Shown: positions 38,413-46,147 of the stretch, in pieces
Numbering within the stretch: the first letter of the stretch is position 1
Layout of the letters: each line of letters begins with the position of its first letter
NCBI GenBank assembly: GCA_050049805.1
Contig: JASFVN010000001.1
Location: 11,059 to 75,058, forward strand
Direction of reading: 5' to 3'
Length of the DNA: 64,000 bases
Origin: Gemmatimonadota bacterium
Lineage (GTDB): Bacteria; Gemmatimonadota; Gemmatimonadetes; Longimicrobiales; Gaopeijiaceae
Program-made: the position numbers and the translations under genes
The notes under the pieces: generated by a model
Seen by the model: only the letters and a program-made list of their open reading frames with translations
Database searches by the model: none
What the model was told of the DNA's origin: nothing

Positions 38413-39080
38413 TCCGAATCCTCCTGAGACACGAAGAAGGCCCTCCTGAGAAGGGCGAGGACATGCTCCTCCGCCGATTCCCGAGGTTGGGGCAAATCGG
38501 CATTCTGGAGGTCTTCTCGCTTCAAGAACCGCGGCATCAACGACAGGTAGATGGGCTGAGAGAGGAGAGTGAGGGCCATGAGGACCGGGTCCCCTTCTAC
38601 CACAGAGCCTTCTTTCTGGCCGTCCTCCATGACCTGGGCCAGGACACCAACCACCGTCCGGACCGTCTCTAGGACCTGAGGGGGCGGGGTGTCCCCAAGG
38701 ACAATCTCCTGGGCCATGAACCGGGGGAGATCTCGATGATCCCTCTGGTGACGGAACATCGCCCTCACAAAACCCTCCAGGCGAATCGGGGCAGGAATCG
38801 GGACTTCCGCCAGCTTTTCGACCCTTTCTCGCACTGGGCCGAAAACCCGCTCCAGAACCGCATGGTAAAGGGCTTCCTTCGATTCGAAGTGGTAGGTGAC
38901 GGCGCCGAGGTTGGCTCCTGCCTCATTGGTCAGGGCCCGAACCGAGGTGCCCTCATACCCTCCTGAAGCGAAGAGTCTGCGGCCCGCAGCCAACAGCCGC
39001 TCAGCAGTATCCGTGTGCTGGTGCTCCGTGCCATCTTTAGCCGGAAGCGTAGCATCCAGGTGATTCATGATTTCATTCAT
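38409..39080 (-). CDS. TetR/AcrR-family transcriptional regulator
   Basis: N-terminal HTH (GYEGTSVRALTNEAGANLGAVTYHFESKEALY). First gene of the efflux operon. ATGA overlap with the tolC start. Confidence 0.85.
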   Translation of the reverse strand: MNEIMNHLDATLPAKDGTEHQHTDTAERLLAAGRRLFASGGYEGTSVRALTNEAGANLGAVTYHFESKEALYHAVLERVFGPVRERVEKLAEVPIPAPIRLEGFVRAMFRHQRDHRDLPRFMAQEIVLGDTPPPQVLETVRTVVGVLAQVMEDGQKEGSVVEGDPVLMALTLLSQPIYLSLMPRFLKREDLQNADLPQPRESAEEHVLALLRRAFFVSQEDSE

Positions 39081-39095
39081 ACGTTTGTATGAATG
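39074..39095. promoter_or_regulatory. inverted repeat CATTCATAC-GTTT-GTATGAATG (candidate TetR operator)
   Basis: Perfect 9-bp arms with a 4-nt spacer, read directly from the sequence. It overlaps the tetR start codon (39078-39080). Confidence 0.45.
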
Positions 39096-39244
39096 TCAGT
39101 CCGAAGGACTCCAGTCAAGGTACCGGTGACGGATTCAGAGGCTGGGAGACTCTTGCTTGGACCGGAACCGGGCCTGGACTGCCCTCCCCTGGGCCCGAAC
39201 CGATCGGTCTATGGCAACGGTCGACGGAAAGCCGGGCCTCGAGC

Positions 39245-39772
39245 CTACTCTCGCTTCTGGGCCTTCAGCACTTCGGCGGTGACCTCACCCCGCTGGGACC
39301 CTTTCGGCTTCCCTGCCATTTCCTTGGCCGTCCGTAACCCCCCGAAGCCAAGGAGCGCCAGAACAACGGCGGCCGCGAGATGTTTGAGCTCTGCCAGTGC
39401 CGCTCCCACCTGGAAGGAGGAAAGCTGTTCCTCAGACGTCATGCTCCTGACCTGGATCACATCCAGAGGGAAGAGGACGAGAACCACCAACAGAAACACG
39501 AAGCCCAGAATCGAGAGCACCGAGATGAGACGAAAAGTGTTTTTGTGGCCCATGACGAAGGAGAACGCCAAGGCCAGGAGGATTCCAAGGACCGGCGTAC
39601 TCAGATAGGCAGCCATGAGGCCCATGAAACCATACCGCCAACTCGGATCCGCCATGCGCAGGGGGTACACCGTGGAGCCGAGATCCAACATGGGCCAGAA
39701 CACCAGGGTGAACAGGAAAAAGTAAGCACCGGCGGTCAGGAGGGCGGAGGTCCTAACGGGGTTCTGGCTCAT
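39245..39772 (-). CDS. hypothetical integral membrane protein (about 4 TM)
   Basis: 175 aa with four hydrophobic segments and a basic C-terminal tail. No recognisable family. Confidence 0.6.
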   Translation of the reverse strand: MSQNPVRTSALLTAGAYFFLFTLVFWPMLDLGSTVYPLRMADPSWRYGFMGLMAAYLSTPVLGILLALAFSFVMGHKNTFRLISVLSILGFVFLLVVLVLFPLDVIQVRSMTSEEQLSSFQVGAALAELKHLAAAVVLALLGFGGLRTAKEMAGKPKGSQRGEVTAEVLKAQKRE

Positions 39773-39823
39773 GGAGACGGCCTCGTTCGACGGGGACGGT
39801 GGACGATCGCTCAGTGGGAATAT

Positions 39824-39862
39824 AAGAAAGGCCGGACCTCCTTGAGGAGGCCCGGCTTTCTT
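39824..39862 (-). terminator. intrinsic terminator (potentially bidirectional) after the PEP-CTERM gene
   Basis: 11-bp stem GCCGGACCTCC / GGAGGCCCGGC (one A.C mismatch) with loop TTGA at 39831-39856. T/A-rich runs flank it on both sides. 40 nt downstream of the stop at 39898. Confidence 0.65.
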
Positions 39863-39897
39863 CAGCTAGCGCGCAGACGAAATTCGGTATTTCCCCG

Positions 39898-40635
39898 TTA
39901 GGAGTATCCGTTCTCCTTCAGGCGACGACGACCAACGAAGACCAGGAACAGGAGCCCGGAACCAAGGAGGACGTAGGTTTGCGGCTCGGGGGTGACGGTC
40001 TGGGTTTGAACCAGCATGTGCTGGCTCAGTCCAAACTCGCTGCCGTTCACGGCCGTTGTCCTCAGAAGGCGCCACTGATCATAATTCTGATAGCTACCGT
40101 ACCCTTCCTCGGCCAGCTGGAGCATCTGCAGTACGCCCGGATCGCTGGAATAACCGCCGGGACCCGAGGTGAGAGCCCACATGGCTCCCTGGATCGACAT
40201 GATGGCAGACGAATTGCCGACATATTGAGGAAACAGGGACGCCAGATACGCGGCCTTGGCGAAGTTCTGAAGGGGGACGCTGGAACTGTAGGTTCTGCTT
40301 CCCCACCTCTGAGCCATGGGAAAGGCCGTAGGGTTGCCAAGGGAGAGCGCTTCGGCCGTGATAATTCGGCCGCCGCCGGCCACCAGCGTATAGAAATCCA
40401 CACAATACACGGTGAAGGTGGGAGCCGTTGGGCCGGTCATCTGGGCCGTGTAGGGCCCCACCCAGTGACCCCATCCGGAGGTGGACATGGACGATGGTCC
40501 GCCGAAAATATAGTCCACCGTGGAACCAGCATTGATCCAGGGGGCCATCTCCGGTGTCCAGGATGGCTGAGCCTGGACCGGCCGGGCCAGCAGAGCCAAT
40601 CCAAAAACTATGATTCCGAACCTTTTCATGGTCAT
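39898..40635 (-). CDS. PEP-CTERM sorting-domain surface protein with thioester-domain-like Cys/Gln motifs
   Basis: Signal MTMKRFGIIVFGLALLARPVQAQ. C-terminal VTPEPQTYVLLGSGLLFLVFVGRRRLKE gives the PEP motif, a TM helix and a basic tail. Passenger domain contains VYCVDFY and SIQGAMWAL. Confidence 0.8.
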   Translation of the reverse strand: MTMKRFGIIVFGLALLARPVQAQPSWTPEMAPWINAGSTVDYIFGGPSSMSTSGWGHWVGPYTAQMTGPTAPTFTVYCVDFYTLVAGGGRIITAEALSLGNPTAFPMAQRWGSRTYSSSVPLQNFAKAAYLASLFPQYVGNSSAIMSIQGAMWALTSGPGGYSSDPGVLQMLQLAEEGYGSYQNYDQWRLLRTTAVNGSEFGLSQHMLVQTQTVTPEPQTYVLLGSGLLFLVFVGRRRLKENGYS

Positions 40636-40690
40636 TCCGTTCTGTCCGCCTGCGACGCTACGACATGAGTGCCTCGACGCCCGGAAAAGT

Positions 40691-40708
40691 TTGCAAGGCA
40701 CATGCCCC
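40691..40708 (-). promoter_or_regulatory. candidate sigma-54 (-24/-12) promoter of the PEP-CTERM gene
   Basis: The minus strand reads GGGGCATGTGCCTTGCAA against the consensus TGGCACG-N4-TTGCW. 10 of 12 defined positions match and the GG/GC spacing is exact. It ends about 56 nt upstream of ATG 40635. Confidence 0.5.
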
Positions 40709-40947
40709 TTCTGTGCAGACGCCCTATGTAACGGTACCCTCCTCCATCGCCCCTCTGCCCCGGCCACCGAATCTCATCCAAGTCTATATTTTACATAAAC
40801 TTAGCTTCATCCAGCACTCCGAATCCAACTATTCGGGATGTTTCGGGTTCTCTAAAAAGGGACATTACTGCACTTATTTCCCTGTTGCAGGCGCGCCACT
40901 GTCCGTCTCTGGATTGCTGCGGAGGCCAGCCCCGCCACCAAACGGCA

Positions 40948-42042
40948 TCAACCGGCGGTTCTCTCCGTCCATTCGTGGACTTTGTCCACCAGAAAGGCCA
41001 CCGCTCCGGGGTCGGTGGCCGGCTCGATGCCATGCCCGAGATTGAAGATGTGGCCGGGCCCTGGTCCCGCCTCCCTGAGAACTGATCTGATCTGGGTTTC
41101 AAGGGCCCGCCTTGGGGCGAAGAGGGCTGCCGGATCCAGGTTCCCTTGGACCGGAAGCTCCGGTCCCACGATGGCCCTGGCTCTGGAGAGAGGAAGACGC
41201 CAATCGATGCCCAACACATCTGCCCCCGCACGGGCAGCATCTTCCAGGAGGGTCGCTCCCTGGTTCGGGAAGTAGATGAGGGGAAGGTCGAGATCCCTGA
41301 GGTTCTCCAGGATCCTTCGTACTGCAGTGAGGGCGAATGACCGGAACTCGTATGGGCTCAGAAGCCCCGCCCAGGAATCGAAAATCATGAGGGCCTGCGC
41401 CCCCGCTTCTGCCTGGGCCCGGAGGTAGGCCGCCATACCGTCGGAAAGCTTGTTCAAAAGCACCCGGGCAGCCTCGGGTTCCGCGAAAAGGAAAGATTTG
41501 GCCTTGATGAAGGTCTTGGACCCCTTCCCCTCCACCAGGTAACAAAAGAGGGTCCACGGGGCCCCGGCGAAGCCGATAAGTGGAGTTGATTCCGGCAGCT
41601 CTTTTCGGAGAATCCGAATGGTCTCGAAGACGAAAGGGACACTTTCCTCGGGGTCCGCAGGGCGCACACGATCCACGTCCGCCGGAGTCCGGACAGGGTC
41701 GGCAATCAAAGGTCCGGGCTTGAACTCCAACTCAATTCCCATCCCTTCCACCGGCGTCATGATGTCGGAGAAGAGGATGGCCGCGTCCAATTCGAAACGG
41801 CTCAGGGGCTGGAGAGTGACCTCCGCCGCCAGTTCCGGCGTCTTGGTCAGCGTCAGGAAGTCCACCTTCCTTCGAATCTTCCGATATTCCGGGAGATACC
41901 GGCCCGCCTGCCGCATGAGCCAGATCGGCGTGTGGGAGGTGGGCTTCCGCCTGCAAGCCGCCAGGAAGGCTGGCTCCGGCGACCGGGTCCCCCCCTTGGC
42001 CTTTTCGTCCCCTACCACACCGGAATCAACCTCCGAAGACAT
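40948..42042 (-). CDS. hemE: uroporphyrinogen decarboxylase
   Basis: PIWLMRQAGRYLPEYR signature. 364 aa. Last gene of the hem cluster. Confidence 0.9.
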   Translation of the reverse strand: MSSEVDSGVVGDEKAKGGTRSPEPAFLAACRRKPTSHTPIWLMRQAGRYLPEYRKIRRKVDFLTLTKTPELAAEVTLQPLSRFELDAAILFSDIMTPVEGMGIELEFKPGPLIADPVRTPADVDRVRPADPEESVPFVFETIRILRKELPESTPLIGFAGAPWTLFCYLVEGKGSKTFIKAKSFLFAEPEAARVLLNKLSDGMAAYLRAQAEAGAQALMIFDSWAGLLSPYEFRSFALTAVRRILENLRDLDLPLIYFPNQGATLLEDAARAGADVLGIDWRLPLSRARAIVGPELPVQGNLDPAALFAPRRALETQIRSVLREAGPGPGHIFNLGHGIEPATDPGAVAFLVDKVHEWTERTAG

Positions 42043-43324
42043 CCCCCAATACCTCCTTCACCGCAACGACCGTGTCGTCGATGTCCACCGCCGTGTGGGC
42101 GGAGGAGAGGAAGAGAGCCTCGAAAGGGCTCGGTGCCAGGTAGAATCCCCGATCCAGCATACCCCAGAAGAAACGGCGGAATGCATCCCGATCGGAGCGG
42201 TCGGCAGAGTGCCAATCCGCGACGGGTCGCGGGGTGAAGAAGAGGGATGCCATGGAACCTACCCGGGTCCAATGGAGAGGATACCCTTCCGCATCGATAA
42301 TTGCCTCGATTCCCTCCTCCAGTTGGCCGCCCCGGGCCTCCAGTGTCTGGAAGACATGGGGGTTATCCTTGAGATAGGTGAGAGCCGCCGTTCCAGCGGC
42401 GGTGGCCAGGGGGTTCCCCGAAAGCGTGCCGGCCTGGTACACGGGCCCGTCCGGCGCCACTTGCCTCATCAGATCCGCCCTGCCTCCGTAGGCGCCCACA
42501 GGCAAGCCCCCTCCGATGACCTTGCCCAGAGTGGTCAGGTCGGGCATGACCCCATAGCGCTCCTGGGCACCTCCGAGGGCAACTCGAAATCCCGTCATCA
42601 CTTCGTCGAAGATGAGGACGGCATCCTCTTTGGTGCAGATCTCTCTGAGGCCCTCCAGAAAACCAGGTGCCGGCGGGACGCAACCCATATTGCCCGCCAC
42701 GGGTTCCACGATGACGCAAGCGACCTTACAGGGGCATGCATCGAAGTGGGCTCGGACCGAATCCAGATCATTATAATCCGCCACCAGGGTGTCCTGGGCC
42801 GAGCCGGGGGTCACGCCGGGGCTGGACGGCACCCCGAGAGTGGCTGCTCCGGACCCGGCCTCCACCAGAAAGGAATCGGCGTGGCCGTGATATCCCCCCC
42901 GGAATTTGATCATCTTTGGCCGGCCGGTAACGGCCCGAGCCAAGCGAACAGCGCTCATGGTGGCTTCGGTACCCGAATTGACGAGCCGGACCACTTCCAC
43001 TGAGGGAACCAGATCCACCACCAACTCGGCCAACTCGATCTCCCGGGTGGTGGGAGCCCCAAAGGAAGTGCCGAGCTTCAGCGCTTCGTAGACAGCCCTC
43101 CGAATGCCTTCCTGGTTGTGGCCCAGGAGCATCGGCCCCCAGGAGCCCACAAAATCCAGGTAGGTATTGCCGTCGGCATCGACGACCCGGGCCCCTTCCG
43201 CCCGAACGATGAAGAGAGGATCTCCTCCCACACTCCCGAAGGCACGGACGGGGCTGTTCACCCCTCCGGGGATGGTCTCCCGAGCCCGCTCGAACAGCTT
43301 CCTGCTGAGCTCTTTCTGCGACAT
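42026..43324 (-). CDS. hemL: glutamate-1-semialdehyde 2,1-aminomutase
   Basis: MSQKELSRKLFERARETIPGGVNSPVRAF start (ATG 43324 behind GAGGA). Class-III aminotransferase body. The 593-aa track ORF is an over-extension. Confidence 0.9.
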   Translation of the reverse strand: MSQKELSRKLFERARETIPGGVNSPVRAFGSVGGDPLFIVRAEGARVVDADGNTYLDFVGSWGPMLLGHNQEGIRRAVYEALKLGTSFGAPTTREIELAELVVDLVPSVEVVRLVNSGTEATMSAVRLARAVTGRPKMIKFRGGYHGHADSFLVEAGSGAATLGVPSSPGVTPGSAQDTLVADYNDLDSVRAHFDACPCKVACVIVEPVAGNMGCVPPAPGFLEGLREICTKEDAVLIFDEVMTGFRVALGGAQERYGVMPDLTTLGKVIGGGLPVGAYGGRADLMRQVAPDGPVYQAGTLSGNPLATAAGTAALTYLKDNPHVFQTLEARGGQLEEGIEAIIDAEGYPLHWTRVGSMASLFFTPRPVADWHSADRSDRDAFRRFFWGMLDRGFYLAPSPFEALFLSSAHTAVDIDDTVVAVKEVLGDVFGG

Positions 43325-43344
43325 GGTGCGTCCTCGTTCTCCCT

Positions 43345-44331
43345 TCACTCCTCGGTAAGCCACCGAGCCAGATCTTTTCCGAAGTAGGTGAGGATCATGT
43401 CGGCGCCGGCCCGCTTGATCCCCAGGAGACTTTCCATGGCCACTCTTTTCTCGTCGACCCATCCGTTCTGGGCCGCCGCCTTGATGAGGGCGTATTCTCC
43501 CGAAACCTGGTAAGCCGCCGTAGGCAGGCCAAAGGTCGTCTTCACCCGCCGGATGACGTCCAGGTAGGCGAGGGCCGGTTTCACCATGACGATGTCGGCC
43601 CCCTCGTCGATGTCCAACTCGACTTCCTTGAGCGCTTCCTCGACGTTGGCAGGATCCATCTGGTAGGCTCTCCGATCCCCGAACGCGGGCGCGGACTGAG
43701 CGGCATCCCGGAAGGGGCCGTAAAAGGCCGAGGCATATTTGGCGGCGTAGGACACGATGGTGGTATCCACAAACCCGGCATGATCCAGGGTCTCCCTGAT
43801 AGCCCACACTCGTCCGTCCATCATGTCGGAAGGAGCCACAGCGTCGGCTCCCGCCATGGCATAGGTGAGGGCGGCCTGAGCCAGGAGATCCAGGGTTGGG
43901 TCGTTATCCACCTCACCCTCCCCTGTCAGAACCCCACAATGCCCGTGACTGGTGTACTCACACATGCACACATCCGCCCACACCAGGAGCCCGGGCACCT
44001 GTTCCTTGATGGCCCTGATGGACTCGGGCACAAGGCCGTCGGGATTGTAGGCTTCGGAGCCCTCCGGATCCTTGTCTTCCTCGTCGGGAACTCCGAAGAG
44101 GATGATGGCTGGAATGCCCAGTTCATGGATCTGGGCGGCCTCCTCCACGATCAGGTCCACCGATTGTTGAGAAACCCCGGGCATGCTCTGCACCGGGTTG
44201 TCCACCCCGTTCCCCGGGACCACGAAGAGTGGAACGATCACGTCGTCCAGAGAGAGAGAGGTTTCCCGAATGAGCCTCCGCCAGTTCTCGGATTTCCTGA
44301 GCCGGCGAGGACGATGGGCTGGAAAAGCCAT
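43345..44331 (-). CDS. hemB: porphobilinogen synthase (delta-aminolevulinate dehydratase)
   Basis: RPRRLR N-terminus. Active-site region with [11 protein letters not shown] and the VMVKPAL lysine motif. Confidence 0.9.
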   Translation of the reverse strand: MAFPAHRPRRLRKSENWRRLIRETSLSLDDVIVPLFVVPGNGVDNPVQSMPGVSQQSVDLIVEEAAQIHELGIPAIILFGVPDEEDKDPEGSEAYNPDGLVPESIRAIKEQVPGLLVWADVCMCEYTSHGHCGVLTGEGEVDNDPTLDLLAQAALTYAMAGADAVAPSDMMDGRVWAIRETLDHAGFVDTTIVSYAAKYASAFYGPFRDAAQSAPAFGDRRAYQMDPANVEEALKEVELDIDEGADIVMVKPALAYLDVIRRVKTTFGLPTAAYQVSGEYALIKAAAQNGWVDEKRVAMESLLGIKRAGADMILTYFGKDLARWLTEE

Positions 44332-44385
44332 GGTTTGTATCCTTTTCGAGGGCACCTCTTCGAGAGCCCGTTCACGTTGGTCAGA

Positions 44386-45168
44386 TTATTGGGCCAGGTC
44401 CGTCAGGGTCGCTGCTTCCGCAGCATCGGCCAATGCTTCCAGGGTGGGCTCTACCGCCACTGATATTCTCCCCCATCCGGCCTTCTCCAAGGCCGCCGCC
44501 GTGGTCGGCCCCATAGCTGCGGCCGGAACGTTTTCGGCGAGGATACGGAAGAGGTCTTCCCCAATGCCGGCCCGGAAAGCCTCCACGGCGGACGGGCTGG
44601 CAAAGGTAACCACCCCCAGCTTCCCTTCCTCGAAAGCGGCCCGGCATGCGTCGCCGTCCACTGGCAGACGAACCGTACGGTATGCCGTGGTCTTGTCCAC
44701 GTCGGCGCCCAATTCCGCGAGTCCCCTCGGAAGCTCCTCTCGGGCAATGAGGCTGGCCGGAAAGAAGATCTTCCGGCCCCTGGCGTCACCTGCGGCCCTG
44801 AAAGCAGCCACCAGCCCTTCCCCACGTCCCTCCATGGGCACCCGATGCACCGGCCAGCCAGCTTCTTCCAAAGCCAAAGCGGTGGAAGGCCCCACCGCGG
44901 CCATCTTGACCCCCTCCGGAGCCCTACGGACGCGACTGACCACCGCCTCTACTGCCCTCGGGGAGGAAAAGCAGATCCAGTCATAATCCCGGATTCGAGC
45001 CAGGGACGCCAGGAGGGGGCACGGATCCTCCGGAGGCTCGAAGGATATGCTGGCCCAGTGGAGGACTCGGGCTCCTCGCTCCTTCAGGATGGTGGAGAGA
45101 GGACCGTCCTCCCCTTCCCCCCGGGTCACGGCAACGCCGATCCCCAAGAGAGTCCTGTCAGCTGCCAT
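44386..45168 (-). CDS. hemD: uroporphyrinogen-III synthase
   Basis: About 260 aa HEM4-like two-lobed pattern (VAVTRGEG..., FSSPRAVEA, TFASPSAVEAF). Lies between hemC and hemB. The start at ATG 45168 overlaps the hemC end by 11 nt. Confidence 0.75.
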   Translation of the reverse strand: MAADRTLLGIGVAVTRGEGEDGPLSTILKERGARVLHWASISFEPPEDPCPLLASLARIRDYDWICFSSPRAVEAVVSRVRRAPEGVKMAAVGPSTALALEEAGWPVHRVPMEGRGEGLVAAFRAAGDARGRKIFFPASLIAREELPRGLAELGADVDKTTAYRTVRLPVDGDACRAAFEEGKLGVVTFASPSAVEAFRAGIGEDLFRILAENVPAAAMGPTTAAALEKAGWGRISVAVEPTLEALADAAEAATLTDLAQ

Positions 45169-46147
45169 TCCCGGCCTCCCCTTTCCCCCCCTGAACCCTC
45201 CTGATCTCCTCCAGAATCGCTTCTGCGCCCCTGGCCAGAAGGTCCTCGGCGAGGTCGGTACCCAAGCGGTCCGCGTCATCCGCCGGTCCCTTCAGTTCCC
45301 CCCCGATCCACCGGTCTCCGTCCAGAGAGGAGACGACTCCACGGAGGACAAGGTCCGCCCCCCGGACCTCCCCGTAGGCTCCCACCGGAATCTGGCAACC
45401 ACCCTCCAACCGTCGAAGGAAGGCTCGCTCGGCTGTGGTTGCGACCCTGGTTTCCCGGTGATCCAGGGCCGCGACCCGCTTCGCCACGTCCAAATCCGTT
45501 GATCTGATCTGGACCGCCACAGCTCCCTGGGAAACGGCGGGAGGGAAAGTGTCAACCGGGAGAAAGGCCGAGACCCGGAAGTCCAGGCCCAGCCGCCGCA
45601 CGCCGGCATAGGCCAGGACGATGGCATCGTACTCCCCCTCGTCCAGCCTTCCAATCCGGGTGGGCACGTTCCCCCTGAGGTCTTTCACCTCCAGGTCGGA
45701 GCGCCATCGGCCCAATAGGGCCCGCCGCCGAAGGCTGCTGGTGCCAACCCTGGCACCCTGGGGGAGAGCATCGGGAGGGACCGGCGCCCCCCCCGCCCAG
45801 AGGGGAGGAGAAAAAAGGAGCACGTCCCTCGGATCTTCCCTCTCCATCACGGCGCCTATGGTCAGTCGAGGCGGCAGGGCCGTGGCCAGGTCCTTCAGGC
45901 TATGGACCGCCACATCCACCTTGCTCCGAAGGAGGGCTTCCTCGATCTCTTTTGTGAAGAAAGCCTTGCCCTGAACGCTGGAAAGGGGAACGTCCTGGAT
46001 CCGATCTCCCTCGGTCCTGATCAGCACCAACTCGGTATCGGGGGGATCCGGAAGGGCCCTCAGAGCCGAGGCCACATGTTCCGCCTGCCAGCGAGCCAGG
46101 GCGGACCCACGGGTCCCGATCCTGATGAGGCCTCGGGGGGAGGTCAC
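45158..46147 (-). CDS. hemC: hydroxymethylbilane synthase (porphobilinogen deaminase)
   Basis: IRIGTRGSALARWQAEHV N-terminus, RGNVPTRIGRLDEG, and the cofactor Cys region LEGGCQIPVGAY. GTGA overlap with the hemA stop. Confidence 0.9.
   Translation of the reverse strand: MTSPRGLIRIGTRGSALARWQAEHVASALRALPDPPDTELVLIRTEGDRIQDVPLSSVQGKAFFTKEIEEALLRSKVDVAVHSLKDLATALPPRLTIGAVMEREDPRDVLLFSPPLWAGGAPVPPDALPQGARVGTSSLRRRALLGRWRSDLEVKDLRGNVPTRIGRLDEGEYDAIVLAYAGVRRLGLDFRVSAFLPVDTFPPAVSQGAVAVQIRSTDLDVAKRVAALDHRETRVATTAERAFLRRLEGGCQIPVGAYGEVRGADLVLRGVVSSLDGDRWIGGELKGPADDADRLGTDLAEDLLARGAEAILEEIRRVQGGKGEAGNGS

Noticed and set aside
41618-43003. 461-aa ORF on the plus strand
   Set aside because: It is antisense to hemE and hemL, both of which have unambiguous signatures on the minus strand.
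42026-43807. Long N-terminal extensions in the ORF track. Examples: HemL at 593 aa, the permease 31939-33573 at 544 aa, tricorn to 23350, M14 from 22974, PckA to 62349.
   Set aside because: In each case the extension overlaps a neighbouring real gene or an intergenic region. Family alignments and ribosome-binding sites point to internal start codons. Several track starts are GTG or TTG codons.
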